A stretch of 64,000 bases of DNA from an uncultured Acidimicrobiales bacterium (GCA_938041035.1 CALHYX010000050.1:5512-69511), one strand, 5' to 3'; numbered from the stretch's first letter, positions 9,955 through 20,029 are shown. A program made the numbers and translations. Notes: a model not told the origin generated them from the letters alone.

Positions 9955-10749
9955 TCAGTCGTCGCCGGAGATCGCCCGTTTGAGTTCGTCCTGCAACTCC
10001 TCCAGTTCGGCACCGCCGGCCATCAACTGGGTGAGTTCGTCGATGGTGATCTCGTCCTTGGCGAAATTGCCCATCGATTCGCCGCGATTCAGGATGAGGA
10101 ATCGATCGCCCACCGGGTAGGCATGGCGAGGGTTGTGAGTGATGAAGATCACCCCGAGGCCGCGTTTGGCCGCCTCGACGATGTAGCGCAACACCACGCC
10201 GGACTGCTTTACCCCGAGGGCCGAGGTGGGCTCGTCGAGGATCAGCACCTTGGCACCGAAGTACACGGCTCGGGCGATGGCGACCGACTGGCGCTCGCCG
10301 CCCGACAACGTGCCCACCGCTTGTTCGGTGTCGCGAATGTCGATGCCCATCTTGGCCATCTCTTCTTTGGCGATGGCCTTGGCCTTTGCCTTGTCGATCC
10401 ACTGCAACGGCCAGACGCCTTTGGTGGGTTCAGCCCCGAGGAAGAAGTTCCGCCACACCGACATGAGCGGCACCATGGCGAGGTCCTGGTAGACGGCGGC
10501 GATGCCGTTGTCGAGGGCCTGACGGGGCGAATCAAAGGTCACCGGCTTTCCCTCGAGCCGGAACTCGCCGGCGTCGTGCTGGTGCACGCCGGCCAGAATC
10601 TTGATGAAGGTGGACTTTCCGGCGCCGTTGTCACCGAGCACGCAGGTGACCTTGCCGGCCTGCACCTCGGTGGTCACGCCCTGGAGGGCGATGATGTTGC
10701 CGTAGAATTTGCCGATGTCCTCGAGTTCGAGCAGAGGGGTATCGCTCAT
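9955..10749 (-). CDS. Sugar ABC transporter ATP-binding protein (single-domain, CUT2-like)
   Basis: Has Walker [10 protein letters not shown], signature LSGGERQ and Walker B ILILDEPT. Confidence 0.9.
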   Translation of the reverse strand: MSDTPLLELEDIGKFYGNIIALQGVTTEVQAGKVTCVLGDNGAGKSTFIKILAGVHQHDAGEFRLEGKPVTFDSPRQALDNGIAAVYQDLAMVPLMSVWRNFFLGAEPTKGVWPLQWIDKAKAKAIAKEEMAKMGIDIRDTEQAVGTLSGGERQSVAIARAVYFGAKVLILDEPTSALGVKQSGVVLRYIVEAAKRGLGVIFITHNPRHAYPVGDRFLILNRGESMGNFAKDEITIDELTQLMAGGAELEELQDELKRAISGDD

Positions 10750-12695
10750 CGGATCGCCTCCGCCTTGGATCGGATGTAGTTGTTGGCGATCACCGACAGC
10801 AACAGAATCGCCCCGAGGAACACGAACCGCCAGTCCGAGTTCCAGCGCGAAGACGGAAGTCCCTGGATGGCCATCGCCATGATGACCGCACCGATGGCGG
10901 CCCCGAACGTCGAGCCGTAGCCGCCGGTCAGCATCGTTCCGCCCACCACCGCGGCGATGATGTACTCGAACTCCTCACCATCGCCGGTGTTGGCCTGGAT
11001 GGTGTTCAGGCGAAACGCCAGGAGCACGCCGACCAGCCAGGCCGCACCGGAAACCAACATGAACAGCTGGGTCTTGGTGCGGGCGGCGGGAACACCGATC
11101 TGCCGGGCGGCATCCTTGTTGCCGCCGACGGCGAATACCCAGCTCCCGAACTTGGTGCGAGCCAGCACCCAGGTGCATGCGGCGGTGAAGACGAAGAACC
11201 AGATGATGCGCACGCTGAACTTGGCCGGCGGTATCCCCCGGTCAAGCTCGACCTGGGTGACCCACAACATGCGAATGGTCACTCCGACCACCATGGCGAG
11301 AATGCCCGCGATGGCAACCGACTGTCCGAACCGATCGGCGCGAGCGTCGATGAAGCGCCGCTCCTCGAACAGCGTCGTGGCGATCGACCACACGACGATC
11401 GCCGCTGCGACCGCCAACATGATTGAGAAGACCTGGCCCCGGAACTTGGGCGAGGCGGATTCGGCCCGGATGAAGAACGCCATGGCGGCTACGCCGATGC
11501 CGATGAGGGCGAGCACGACCGATCCCGTCAGCCGCGATATCGATCGCGCTCGGCTCTGCCCGACGAGGAGTAGGACGGCGCCGATCATCGACAGGCCCAC
11601 GAACAGGATTGCCCGCAGGCCCTGTTCGGTGACGAGAAACGTGATGTCCTCGTCGACCGCCGGATCAAAGCTCAGCGCCGCGACAACGGCGAGCGCAACG
11701 GCCACGACGCCGGCGCCGAGCGCCTTCAGCATCGGCGCACTGGAACCCAACGAACCAATGCCCGGATGACGGCTGTACCGCATGGCGCAAAGACCAACCG
11801 ATCCGACCAGCATCGCCGCGCCGATGACCGCCGCGCCGAGGGCGTTGCCGCCGGTGTCATCGGTGTTGTGCAGGATCAGGATTCCGGCGATGAGCACCGC
11901 CACGCCCGGCAGCACCCCCGCCAGACTCACGAGGCCGCGTTCTTTGCGCCGCCGGAAGTACAGCTCGTGCAGACCGACGAACAGCAGCACCAGGCCGGCC
12001 ACGATCGCGATCGTATAGAAGGCGTCGCGCGCCTCCCAGATGTGGCTGTTGCGGTCCCACTCGGCGCCGAAAATCCGGTCGAAGAACGCATAGCCCTTAT
12101 CGCCTCCCCGGTCGTCGGCGGCGATGGCCAGGTCGTCCAGCTTGCCCACCTGGATCTGGTCGACCAGGAGCTTGGCGAAGCCCAGCTTGGCGCCCACGAT
12201 GATGAAGAACGAACCGAGGGTGACGATGAAGCTCGGCAGTGAGGTTCGGTTGACCATGGTGCCGTTGAACCAGCCGAGGCCCATCGCGACGATGAACGAC
12301 AACGGCAGGGCGACCCACAGGCTCAGCCCGGCGCCGCCCATGTCGCCGGTGATGTCGCGCACCAGCAGCAGGGTGACGATGCCCAGGGCGCCGGTGGCGG
12401 CACCGGCGGACAGGTCGAATTCGCCCCCGATCATGAGCATCGACACGGCCACCGCCATGATGCCGAGGGTCGAGGACACGTCGAGGATCGTCGAAGCACC
12501 CCCGGTGAGACCGAACGGTCCGGATACGGCCCAGAAGAAGATCCAAATCGAGGCGGCGGCGAGCGTGGCGCCAACCTCCGGGCGAATGAACAATCGTTGA
12601 AAAACGCCCTGGTACACGAGTCGCTCGTCGGCGACCTCATCCTGCGCCGACGCGATGGCGCCGGCGGCGCTGTCGTCGATTGTGACGTCACTCAT
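10746..12695 (-). CDS. Sugar ABC transporter permease (BPD_transp_2 type) with a large internal multi-TM insertion
   Basis: Start at ATG 12695 (MSDVTIDD), preceded by GGGGGAGA. The N-terminal ([23 protein letters not shown]) and C-terminal ([26 protein letters not shown]) permease motifs are separated by roughly 250-300 hydrophobic residues. Confidence 0.8.
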   Translation of the reverse strand: MSDVTIDDSAAGAIASAQDEVADERLVYQGVFQRLFIRPEVGATLAAASIWIFFWAVSGPFGLTGGASTILDVSSTLGIMAVAVSMLMIGGEFDLSAGAATGALGIVTLLLVRDITGDMGGAGLSLWVALPLSFIVAMGLGWFNGTMVNRTSLPSFIVTLGSFFIIVGAKLGFAKLLVDQIQVGKLDDLAIAADDRGGDKGYAFFDRIFGAEWDRNSHIWEARDAFYTIAIVAGLVLLFVGLHELYFRRRKERGLVSLAGVLPGVAVLIAGILILHNTDDTGGNALGAAVIGAAMLVGSVGLCAMRYSRHPGIGSLGSSAPMLKALGAGVVAVALAVVAALSFDPAVDEDITFLVTEQGLRAILFVGLSMIGAVLLLVGQSRARSISRLTGSVVLALIGIGVAAMAFFIRAESASPKFRGQVFSIMLAVAAAIVVWSIATTLFEERRFIDARADRFGQSVAIAGILAMVVGVTIRMLWVTQVELDRGIPPAKFSVRIIWFFVFTAACTWVLARTKFGSWVFAVGGNKDAARQIGVPAARTKTQLFMLVSGAAWLVGVLLAFRLNTIQANTGDGEEFEYIIAAVVGGTMLTGGYGSTFGAAIGAVIMAMAIQGLPSSRWNSDWRFVFLGAILLLSVIANNYIRSKAEAIR

Positions 12696-12792
12696 CGTGA
12701 CGGGTCTCCCCCCGTTTGGTGCCCAACAAAGAACTTGGCAACGCCGTCCCCCGGCGCGTGCCGTGGCCTGGCAGCAGGCCGGTTGCGCCGTC

Positions 12793-12824
12793 GGCGTCGG
12801 GCACCGAAACCGGTGCCCGACGCC
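12793..12824 (-). other. Perfect 14-bp stem / 4-nt loop hairpin between the binding-protein and permease genes
   Basis: GGCGTCGGGCACCG-AAAC-CGGTGCCCGACGCC, read directly from the sequence. Confidence 0.45.
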
Positions 12825-12857
12825 AACCGACGTCATTCAGTACGCCGTTTCCGGCGA

Positions 12858-12885
12858 GTCGAGCGGCGCATCCGCACCGCTCGAC
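12858..12885 (-). other. 9-bp stem hairpin immediately downstream of the binding-protein stop codon
   Basis: GTCGAGCGG-N10-CCGCTCGAC, read directly from the sequence. Confidence 0.35.
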
Positions 12886-12900
12886 GAAGGTGTTACCTGA

Positions 12901-13977
12901 CTAGCGGGTGCCTTCGGCGACGAGCGCCTTGACATCGCTCGCGTTGTCGATGGTCACGAAGCCCGGACCGGTAAGGACCGGCAGTCCACCACCCGCGGTG
13001 TTGGCGTTGGTCGCTTCGAGGTACATCAAGATGACCGGCAGGTACCCCTGGAGGTACTGCTGCTGGTCGACGGTGAAGGCAATGGATCCACCCTCGATGG
13101 CATCGATGATGTCGGGGGTGATGTCGAAGCCACCGATGGTCAGCTCACGACCGAGATCGTTGGCGGCCGCGAGGCCCGACATGGCGATGACCGGGCCAAC
13201 GCCCAGGAACGCATCGATGTCGGGGTTGGCCTCGAGGACGGCCTTGATCTGGTTGATCTGATCGGTCTGGTCAGCATCGAGACCCACGAACTCATCGGTC
13301 ACCGTGCCCGAGAACGTGTCGGCCATGCCGTCACAGCGCTCGGTGAGACCCACGTTCGACTGCTCCTGACGGCCACACAACACGTGCGTCGCTCCGGCAT
13401 CGTTGAACCGTTCGCCCGCACCCTGGCCGGCGATGAACTCGGTCTGACCAATGTGGGTGGTCGCACCGATGTCCTGGTAGTCGTTCACACCCGAGTTGAG
13501 CGTGTAGACGGGGACACCGGCCGCAACGGCCTCCTGGAGCGGGCCGACGAGCTGATCGGGGCTGGGCAACGAAGCGGCGATGCCGTTGGAGCCCTCACCG
13601 ATAGCGGTGGCGATGTCGGTCACCATCTGCCCGGGGTCGTTGTTACCCGGCATCCACACGAGCGTCACGCCGACATCGGCCGCAGCCGCTTCCGCGCCCC
13701 GCTTGACGACGGACCAGAACGGGCCGTCGTCGGAGTGGGTGATCATGTGGAAGGTGAGGTCCGAACCCTGAACCGCGTCGACACTGTCGTCGCCGCCGTC
13801 GTCGTCTTCGGCCATGGCTTCATCATCACCATCGCCGTCGTCGCCGCCACCGTCGTCACTGCTACTCGAATCATCGCTCGAGTCGCCCGCCGCATCACTG
13901 CCACCATCGCTGCCGCAGGCGGCAGCGATCATGGCGATAGCGAAGAGCAACACGAGAAGTTTGCGCAACTTGATCAT
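12901..13977 (-). CDS. Sugar (probably inositol) ABC transporter substrate-binding lipoprotein
   Basis: ATG at 13977 is preceded by AAGGAGGGG. The signal peptide with lipobox reads MIKLRKLLVLLFAIAMIAAAC. An acidic Ser/Asp/Gly linker is followed by a periplasmic-binding-protein type I fold. Confidence 0.85.
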   Translation of the reverse strand: MIKLRKLLVLLFAIAMIAAACGSDGGSDAAGDSSDDSSSSDDGGGDDGDGDDEAMAEDDDGGDDSVDAVQGSDLTFHMITHSDDGPFWSVVKRGAEAAAADVGVTLVWMPGNNDPGQMVTDIATAIGEGSNGIAASLPSPDQLVGPLQEAVAAGVPVYTLNSGVNDYQDIGATTHIGQTEFIAGQGAGERFNDAGATHVLCGRQEQSNVGLTERCDGMADTFSGTVTDEFVGLDADQTDQINQIKAVLEANPDIDAFLGVGPVIAMSGLAAANDLGRELTIGGFDITPDIIDAIEGGSIAFTVDQQQYLQGYLPVILMYLEATNANTAGGGLPVLTGPGFVTIDNASDVKALVAEGTR

Positions 13978-14026
13978 GTATTCAGTCCCCTCCTTGGGAA
14001 TGGTTGTTTGCCGATTGCGACCATTG

Positions 14027-14938
14027 CTAGGCGACTCCCGTATCGGGACTCGCGATGCGCTGATCGACAGCTCGGAGGTAGTCGACGCTCCTGCGAACGT
14101 CGAGAATGGGGCCCTCACCGGGGGCGGGATCTCCACCGGTGATGGCGGCGTCTTGTTCGACCACGTACCAGCCGTCGAAGCCGGACGCTTCGAGGGCGAT
14201 AACGATGTCGTCGATGGCGATGTCGCCGGCATCGAACGGACTGAACATGCCCTGCTGCACGCCTTCCATGAGGCTCAGTTCGGGGGCGAGTCCGGTGACG
14301 CGGTCCGCGACGGCGAAGACCACGTCCTTCAGATGGGCGTGCACGATGCGGTCGCCTGCGGACGCGATGAAGTCGAGCGGGTCGTACCCGCCGAGGGCCA
14401 GATGACCCGAGTCAAAGGTCCACCCGACACCGCTGTGGTCGAGCACCCGCTGCACCTCGTCGGCCTGTTCGATCACGGTGCCGAGGTGCGGGTGCAGCGC
14501 CTGGGTGAGTCCATGGCGAGCGCAGAGCTCATCGAGCCGATCGAGCATGGTGAAGATGTGTTGCCATTCACCTGCACTCAGCTCCGTGCGCGGGCCCCAC
14601 TCCCAGTCGGTGACTATGGCGGTGATGAAGTAGGTACCACCCGCTCGGGCAAACCGATCGGCCACCGTTTCGGCCGCCGCCAAGGTGGCATCGACCTGCT
14701 CGGGAAGATGAAGAAACTGGGGCACGAAGCCACCGAGCAGTCCGAGGTTGTGGACGGCCAGACGATCGCGCAGTTCGATGGGGTCGCTGGGCAGGTAGCC
14801 CTCCGAGCCGTACTCGGTGACGGTGAAGCCCAGCTCGGACATTTCGCTCAGCACCCGATCGACGGCGAGTTCGCGCCCCCAGCCGGGGACTTCGCACACG
14901 CCCCAGGAGATGGGCGCAGCCGCGATCCGGTCGATCAT
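14027..14938 (-). CDS. iolE: Xylose-isomerase-like TIM-barrel protein, probably inosose dehydratase
   Basis: 303 aa from ATG 14938 (MIDRIAAAPISWGVCE...). It belongs to the sugar phosphate isomerase/epimerase family and is the first gene of the iol transport/catabolic operon. The function is inferred from this context. Confidence 0.7.
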   Translation of the reverse strand: MIDRIAAAPISWGVCEVPGWGRELAVDRVLSEMSELGFTVTEYGSEGYLPSDPIELRDRLAVHNLGLLGGFVPQFLHLPEQVDATLAAAETVADRFARAGGTYFITAIVTDWEWGPRTELSAGEWQHIFTMLDRLDELCARHGLTQALHPHLGTVIEQADEVQRVLDHSGVGWTFDSGHLALGGYDPLDFIASAGDRIVHAHLKDVVFAVADRVTGLAPELSLMEGVQQGMFSPFDAGDIAIDDIVIALEASGFDGWYVVEQDAAITGGDPAPGEGPILDVRRSVDYLRAVDQRIASPDTGVA

Positions 14939-15060
14939 CGGCGCACGGCCGTTCGTTTGATCGCCACCAAGTGCATCCCCATGCCTATTCTTCCCCCACC
15001 GCACCCCGCCCCGAGGTCCGAAGCCAACCGCGCTGATTTCGCTCAAACCCCCGTCTTGCG

Positions 15061-15074
15061 TTGGAGCGCTCCAA
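15061..15074. promoter_or_regulatory. Perfect 14-bp palindrome TTGGAGCGCTCCAA. Candidate LacI-family operator.
   Basis: Located in the divergent iolE / lacI-family intergenic region, 21 nt upstream of the first regulator ATG. It resembles CebR/CelR-type TGGGAGCGCTCCCA boxes. Confidence 0.55.
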
Positions 15075-15094
15075 CAATATACTGCAATCAGCGA

Positions 15095-16132
15095 ATGTCA
15101 AACGATTCGGCCCATTCGCAACGGGGTGACATGAGCCAACCGACCATGCAGGACGTCGCCGAGCGGGCGGGCGTGTCGCGGTCGCTCGTCTCGTTGGTCA
15201 TGCGCGACTCACCGAAGGTCAGCGACGAGAAACGAGCTCGGGTGCTCGCCGCGGCAGCCGAGCTCGGCTACCGCCCGAACGTGCTGGCCCGCCACTTGGC
15301 TGAGGGCTCGACCCGCACCATCGGCGTGATCATCAACGATCTCCACAACACCTTCTTCGCCGAAGCAGCCGACGGCATCGAGGCCGAAGCCCGAGCCAAC
15401 GGCTACCGGCTGATTCTCGCGAGCGGTTCGCTGAGCGAGGATCGCGAAATCGAAGCGATGGAGCAGTTCCTCGAGCTCCGCACCGATGGGATCATCCTCC
15501 TCGGCCCCTGGGCCAGCACATCGTTGATCGAGGTGCGCTCGCACGCGACACCGACGGTGGTCGTCGCCCGCACTGTGCGCTCCGACGTGGTCGACTCGGT
15601 CATCAACAACGACCGACTCGGTGCCGCCCTGGCGGTGCGGCACCTGCATGCGTTGGGGCATCACCGCATCGCCCACATCGGCGGCGGCCGGGGAGCCGGC
15701 GCCCGACCGCGCCGCACCTCGTATGAACGGGCGATGCGGTCACTCGGCCTGCACGATCACATCCAGGTCGAGACCGGCGATTACACCGAGGCTTCGGCGA
15801 CCAAGGCGATGGGCAAACTGCTCGATGCGGCCTCCCGACCGACGGCGGTCTTCGCGGGCAATGACCTGATGGCGGCCGGCGCCATGGACCGGATCGAAGT
15901 CGACGGGCTTACCGTCCCCGACGACATCTCGGTGATCGGCTACGACAACACCGCCCTCGCCGCGCTCAACCACATGTCGCTGTCGACGATCAACCAACCG
16001 AGGTTTGAGATGGGCCAACTCGCCATGAAGCTCATCCTGGAACGTATCGACGGCGGTCGCACGACCCCGGTCCACCACGTTCTCGATCCAACACTGGTCG
16101 TGCGGCGCACCACCGGCCCGGTCCCGTCATGA
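15095..16132 (+). CDS. LacI family transcriptional regulator, probably the repressor of the iol locus
   Basis: Has the HTH MQDVAERAGVSRSLVSLVM and a periplasmic-binding-like effector domain. The start is ATG 15095 or ATG 15131. The upstream 427 codons of the 772-aa ORF are antisense to iolE and the binding protein. Confidence 0.9.
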   Translation: MSNDSAHSQRGDMSQPTMQDVAERAGVSRSLVSLVMRDSPKVSDEKRARVLAAAAELGYRPNVLARHLAEGSTRTIGVIINDLHNTFFAEAADGIEAEARANGYRLILASGSLSEDREIEAMEQFLELRTDGIILLGPWASTSLIEVRSHATPTVVVARTVRSDVVDSVINNDRLGAALAVRHLHALGHHRIAHIGGGRGAGARPRRTSYERAMRSLGLHDHIQVETGDYTEASATKAMGKLLDAASRPTAVFAGNDLMAAGAMDRIEVDGLTVPDDISVIGYDNTALAALNHMSLSTINQPRFEMGQLAMKLILERIDGGRTTPVHHVLDPTLVVRRTTGPVPS

Positions 16133-17223
16133 CCGTCCGTATCGCCATCTTCGGCACCTCCTGGTGGGCCGACTCGATGTATCTCCCCGCCCTCGCGTCG
16201 CTGCCCGAGGCCGAGGTGGTCGCCGTGTGCGGCCGTCGCCAGGCTCCGGCAGCCGAACTCGCCGATCGCTGGTCGATCCCGGCCTTCTTCACCGACTCCG
16301 GCGAGTTGTTCCGAGAGGCCCGCCCCGACGCCGTCATCATCGCCACGGCCAACGACAGCCACCACGCGATTGCGATGGAGGCCATCGAGGCCGGGGTGGC
16401 GGTGCTGTGTGAGAAACCCCTCGGTCGAACGCTCGCCGAGGCCGAGGAGATGGCGGCCGCCGCCGAGGCCGCCGACATCACGACCATGGTTCCGTTCACC
16501 TATCGATACATGCCGACGAATCAATACGTGAAGCGTCTACTCGACGAGGGCTTCGTAGGTCGGCCCTACCACCTCAACCTGCGGTACTTCACCGACTACG
16601 CCCGTGACAGCACGTACACCTGGCGTTTCGACGAGGCCATCGCCGGGTCGGGAGTGCTCGGCGACCTGGCCACCCACTGGTTCCACCTGGCCCGCTGGTT
16701 CCTCGGCGACATCGTGGAGGTCGGCGCCATGACGTCACACCACCGACCACGCGATCCTCGGCCCGACGGCTCGGACTACGTGCGCAGCGAGGACGCGGCC
16801 AACGTCAACGTGCGCTTCGCCTCCGGCGCCGACGGCGTGCTCCAGGTCAGCGCGGCGTGCTCGGAGGCGACCGACTTTGGGCAGACCCATCACCTCGAGA
16901 TCATCGGCGAGGCCGGCACCCTCGCCAGCCGAATCGATTGGGACGCCGAGCAGACGGTGTGGGGTCTCCCCGCCGGCGAACGCGGCCCGCTCCGCCGACT
17001 CGACATCCCCGCCGAGTTCACCGCTGGTCTGCGCACCGAGACCGTGCACGACACCTACCGCGACGTCTTTCGCGAGTCGCCCGTGATGACGCGCGCCTTC
17101 GTGAAGGCCGTCGCCGAGAACCGCCCGTGTGAACCGGATTTCGCCGAGGGCCTTGCGGTGCAGCGGGTGCTCGACGCGGCGATTCGCAGCGCCGCCGACC
17201 GGGGCCGACGCCACGCCATCTGA
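16129..17223 (+). CDS. Gfo/Idh/MocA family oxidoreductase
   Basis: ATGA overlap with the regulator stop. Has the Rossmann N-terminus and the EKP motif VLCEKPLG. Confidence 0.85.
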   Translation: MTVRIAIFGTSWWADSMYLPALASLPEAEVVAVCGRRQAPAAELADRWSIPAFFTDSGELFREARPDAVIIATANDSHHAIAMEAIEAGVAVLCEKPLGRTLAEAEEMAAAAEAADITTMVPFTYRYMPTNQYVKRLLDEGFVGRPYHLNLRYFTDYARDSTYTWRFDEAIAGSGVLGDLATHWFHLARWFLGDIVEVGAMTSHHRPRDPRPDGSDYVRSEDAANVNVRFASGADGVLQVSAACSEATDFGQTHHLEIIGEAGTLASRIDWDAEQTVWGLPAGERGPLRRLDIPAEFTAGLRTETVHDTYRDVFRESPVMTRAFVKAVAENRPCEPDFAEGLAVQRVLDAAIRSAADRGRRHAI

Positions 17224-17285
17224 CCAGGGGCACCGGCCAGCCCGTACCATCGCGGCGATGACCCACGACCGGATCCCTCCCGACG

Positions 17286-17882
17286 ATGCTTGACCACGTC
17301 TTCACCGACGCGATCGGCGCCCTGCGCGACTCACTCGAAGGGGTACTGCTGGAGCGCCAGGCCCTGGAGGAGCGCTATCAGGTCGATGTCCTGCTCGGCG
17401 ACCACACCTGGGAGACGTCCTACGGGCTGCCCGGTGAGCAGGACCCACCGCGCATCCGCGTCGACATCACTCTCGAGTGGCCCACGTGGGCCCAGAGCTC
17501 CTATCGAAGCTGGTACATCGGCGAGGAGATGGCCGAACCGCCCATCATCACCGTGCAGGTCTCGTTCCGACTTCAGGAGCTGTCGGCTCCGCCGGACCCG
17601 GCCATGTTGTTGAGCGCCCTACCCGACACCGGCCCGTTGCTGGGCGCGGAGGCGCTGATGCGGTCCGGGCCCACCCTCGAAACGGTGTACGGCCACGATC
17701 TGACCCAGCCGCCGTGGTTCACCGCCGTCGTGACCTTCGAGGGCCTGTTCGAGTTCAGCGACGCGACGCTGGAGGACGGCACCAACCTCGACGGGTCGTT
17801 CAAGGAGGTCGGCAGTTGGGTGAGCTCCACGCTCGTGAAACTGGGCGACCTGCCGGTCACCTTCCGCTCATCCCCGGACTAG
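17286..17882 (+). CDS. Hypothetical protein
   Basis: 198-aa ORF with strong GC3 coding bias. No motif recognised. Confidence 0.65.
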   Translation: MLDHVFTDAIGALRDSLEGVLLERQALEERYQVDVLLGDHTWETSYGLPGEQDPPRIRVDITLEWPTWAQSSYRSWYIGEEMAEPPIITVQVSFRLQELSAPPDPAMLLSALPDTGPLLGAEALMRSGPTLETVYGHDLTQPPWFTAVVTFEGLFEFSDATLEDGTNLDGSFKEVGSWVSSTLVKLGDLPVTFRSSPD

Positions 17883-17892
17883 CGCCCGGGTT

Positions 17893-18759
17893 CTACGAGC
17901 CCAACTCGCGTTCGACCGGCAGCAACGGGTCGAACTCCGCGTCGCGTTTGTCGGCCTGGGCCTGGAAGGCCTCCATCATGTCGTGGGGCTGGAACATGCC
18001 GGTTTGCCAGGTCGCGATGTAGTTGAGCGAGTCGGCGACCGAATGGTCCCGCCCGTAGTTGATGGTCTCCTTGGTGCCCCAGATCGCCAGCGGCGACTTG
18101 GTCGCGATTTCGGCGGCGACTTCGAGAGTGCCGGCCACGAGGTCTTCGTGGGTGTCGAATACCTGGTTCACCAGACCGACCTCGTACGCCCGCGCCGCGG
18201 GCATGCGCCGACCGGTGTAGGCCAGCTCCCGGGCCACCCCTTCCGGGATCAGTTTCGGAAGCCGCTGGAGGGTTCCGACGTCGGCGGTCATGCCGATGTT
18301 GATCTCGTGGATGCAGAACCAGGCATCGGTGGTGCTGTAGCGCATGTCCGCCGCGGTGACGAGGTCGACACCACCGCCGACACAGCCCCCCTGGATGGCG
18401 GCGAGCACCGGCATGCGGGCGGCTTCGAGTGACCCGAGGGCGTCCTGCAGCCGTTTCGCGGTCAACCGAAGCTGAGCGCGCTGACGTCCGATCTCGGTCG
18501 ACCCGGAATCGCCGCTGATCGAGCTGTCGGTGAAAACCGCGAGGTCCATGCCGGCGCAGAAGTGACGGCCGGTGGACGACAACACGATGGCCCGGGCCCG
18601 GCCCTCGTCGCTGATGGCGTTGATGATCTCGGGAAGTTCGGACCAGAACCCGGGAACCATCGAGTTGAGTTCGTCGGGTCGATTCATCTGCACGTGCACG
18701 ACGTGATCGGCCTCGGTCACCGCAAAGCAGGTGTACTCGGAGTCGAGGTAGCTGGGCAT
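17893..18759 (-). CDS. Enoyl-CoA hydratase/isomerase family protein (dienoyl-CoA isomerase-like)
   Basis: Crotonase fold motifs (FCAGMDL, AAIQGGCVGGGVDL). GGGAGAA lies upstream of the ATG. Confidence 0.85.
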   Translation of the reverse strand: MPSYLDSEYTCFAVTEADHVVHVQMNRPDELNSMVPGFWSELPEIINAISDEGRARAIVLSSTGRHFCAGMDLAVFTDSSISGDSGSTEIGRQRAQLRLTAKRLQDALGSLEAARMPVLAAIQGGCVGGGVDLVTAADMRYSTTDAWFCIHEINIGMTADVGTLQRLPKLIPEGVARELAYTGRRMPAARAYEVGLVNQVFDTHEDLVAGTLEVAAEIATKSPLAIWGTKETINYGRDHSVADSLNYIATWQTGMFQPHDMMEAFQAQADKRDAEFDPLLPVERELGS

Positions 18760-18782
18760 AGTGGGTTCTCCCCGGGAGGGCG

Positions 18783-19994
18783 TCAGCCGGCGGCGGCCTC
18801 GGCGTTGCGTTCCTGATCGATCGAAAATTCACCGTACTCCGAGGCGGTGTCAACGTAGTCCTCGAACTGGATGACACCGATCTCGGTGAACCGATCGCGC
18901 AACCAGCCATCGGCCGCGTCGAGCAGCCCAAGCTTTTTGCAGTTGGGCACGATCTTTGAGAACAACATGGCCTGGAACACCTTCTGTTCCTCGGGCAGGT
19001 CGAGCACCCGTTCGACCATCGGCCGCACCGGCACGCCCATCCGCTCCCAGACCTCCTGTTGCAGGAACCGGTCGCGCATGCGAACCGCGGCCTCGAATGC
19101 GAACTCCTGGCGTTCGCGGATCTCCGCCGCGTTGAGCTCGGTGTAGAACTCCTGGAGGCTGAGCACGCCAAAGGCGACGTGGCGAGCCTCGTCGCTCATC
19201 ACGTAACGCAACAGCTTCTTCAGGAGGGGTTCCTCGGTGAAGCTGTGCATGAACCCGAAGGCGGCGAGAGCGAGGCCTTCGACCATGATCTGCATGCCGA
19301 GGTAGGTCATGTCCCATCGGCTGTCGGCGATGATGTCATCGAGCAGGATGCCGAGGTGCGGGTTGATCGGATAGCTGTTCTCCACCTTTTCGTTGAGGTA
19401 CTTCGCAAAGACCTCCACGTGCCGGGCCTCGTCCATCACCTGCGTGGCGGCATACAGCTTGGCGTCGTACCAGGGCACCGTCTCGACGATCTTGGCGGTG
19501 CAGAGGAGCGCCCCTTGTTCACCGTGGAGGAACTGGCTCAGCCGCCAGGTGAACGACTCGTAGCTGAAGTCGCGCATCTCCTTGTCGCCCCAGTTGTAGA
19601 TGGGCGAGGTCGGGTCGGTTGTCCACCCGGTCTCCGGGCCGAGTTCGGCCATGATCGAGAACGCTTCGTACGGATCGACCTCGATGGACCAGTCGAGATC
19701 GGTGGTCACGTTCCACTGGGAGACCTTGGCCTTCTCGTACAACTTCTCGAGCCGGGGTCGTTGCCCCTTTTCGTAGTCCCAGGTGAACATGGCGTCGGCG
19801 TTGTCCGGGGTGACGTGTTCGGTCGCATCCGGGTCGGCGTTGGTGGAGCAGAGGTCCATGATGGCGTCGACGTCGTTGACCGACGCCCGACCCAAGATGG
19901 TGGCATCGCTCAGATGGGCGGCGGCGGTGGCTTGCGCACCGGGCCCGGCCTCGGCGACCGCCGGGGCATCGTTGGGAACATCTGGTGAGGACAC
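18783..19994 (-). CDS. Ferritin-like di-iron oxygenase (AurF / desaturase-like)
   Basis: Has two ExxH di-iron motifs (DEARHVEVF and DEARHVAFG). The exact start is uncertain. Confidence 0.75.
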   Translation of the reverse strand: MSSPDVPNDAPAVAEAGPGAQATAAAHLSDATILGRASVNDVDAIMDLCSTNADPDATEHVTPDNADAMFTWDYEKGQRPRLEKLYEKAKVSQWNVTTDLDWSIEVDPYEAFSIMAELGPETGWTTDPTSPIYNWGDKEMRDFSYESFTWRLSQFLHGEQGALLCTAKIVETVPWYDAKLYAATQVMDEARHVEVFAKYLNEKVENSYPINPHLGILLDDIIADSRWDMTYLGMQIMVEGLALAAFGFMHSFTEEPLLKKLLRYVMSDEARHVAFGVLSLQEFYTELNAAEIRERQEFAFEAAVRMRDRFLQQEVWERMGVPVRPMVERVLDLPEEQKVFQAMLFSKIVPNCKKLGLLDAADGWLRDRFTEIGVIQFEDYVDTASEYGEFSIDQERNAEAAAG

Positions 19995-20029
19995 AGGGGG
20001 AACCTTTCTGGTGTTTTCGTCGGTTGCGG

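Noticed and set aside
13814-15094. N-terminal 427 codons of the 772-aa ORF that ends as the LacI regulator
   Set aside because: This part is antisense to the binding-protein and iolE genes and crosses the intergenic operator. The LacI HTH begins right after the internal ATGs at 15095 and 15131.
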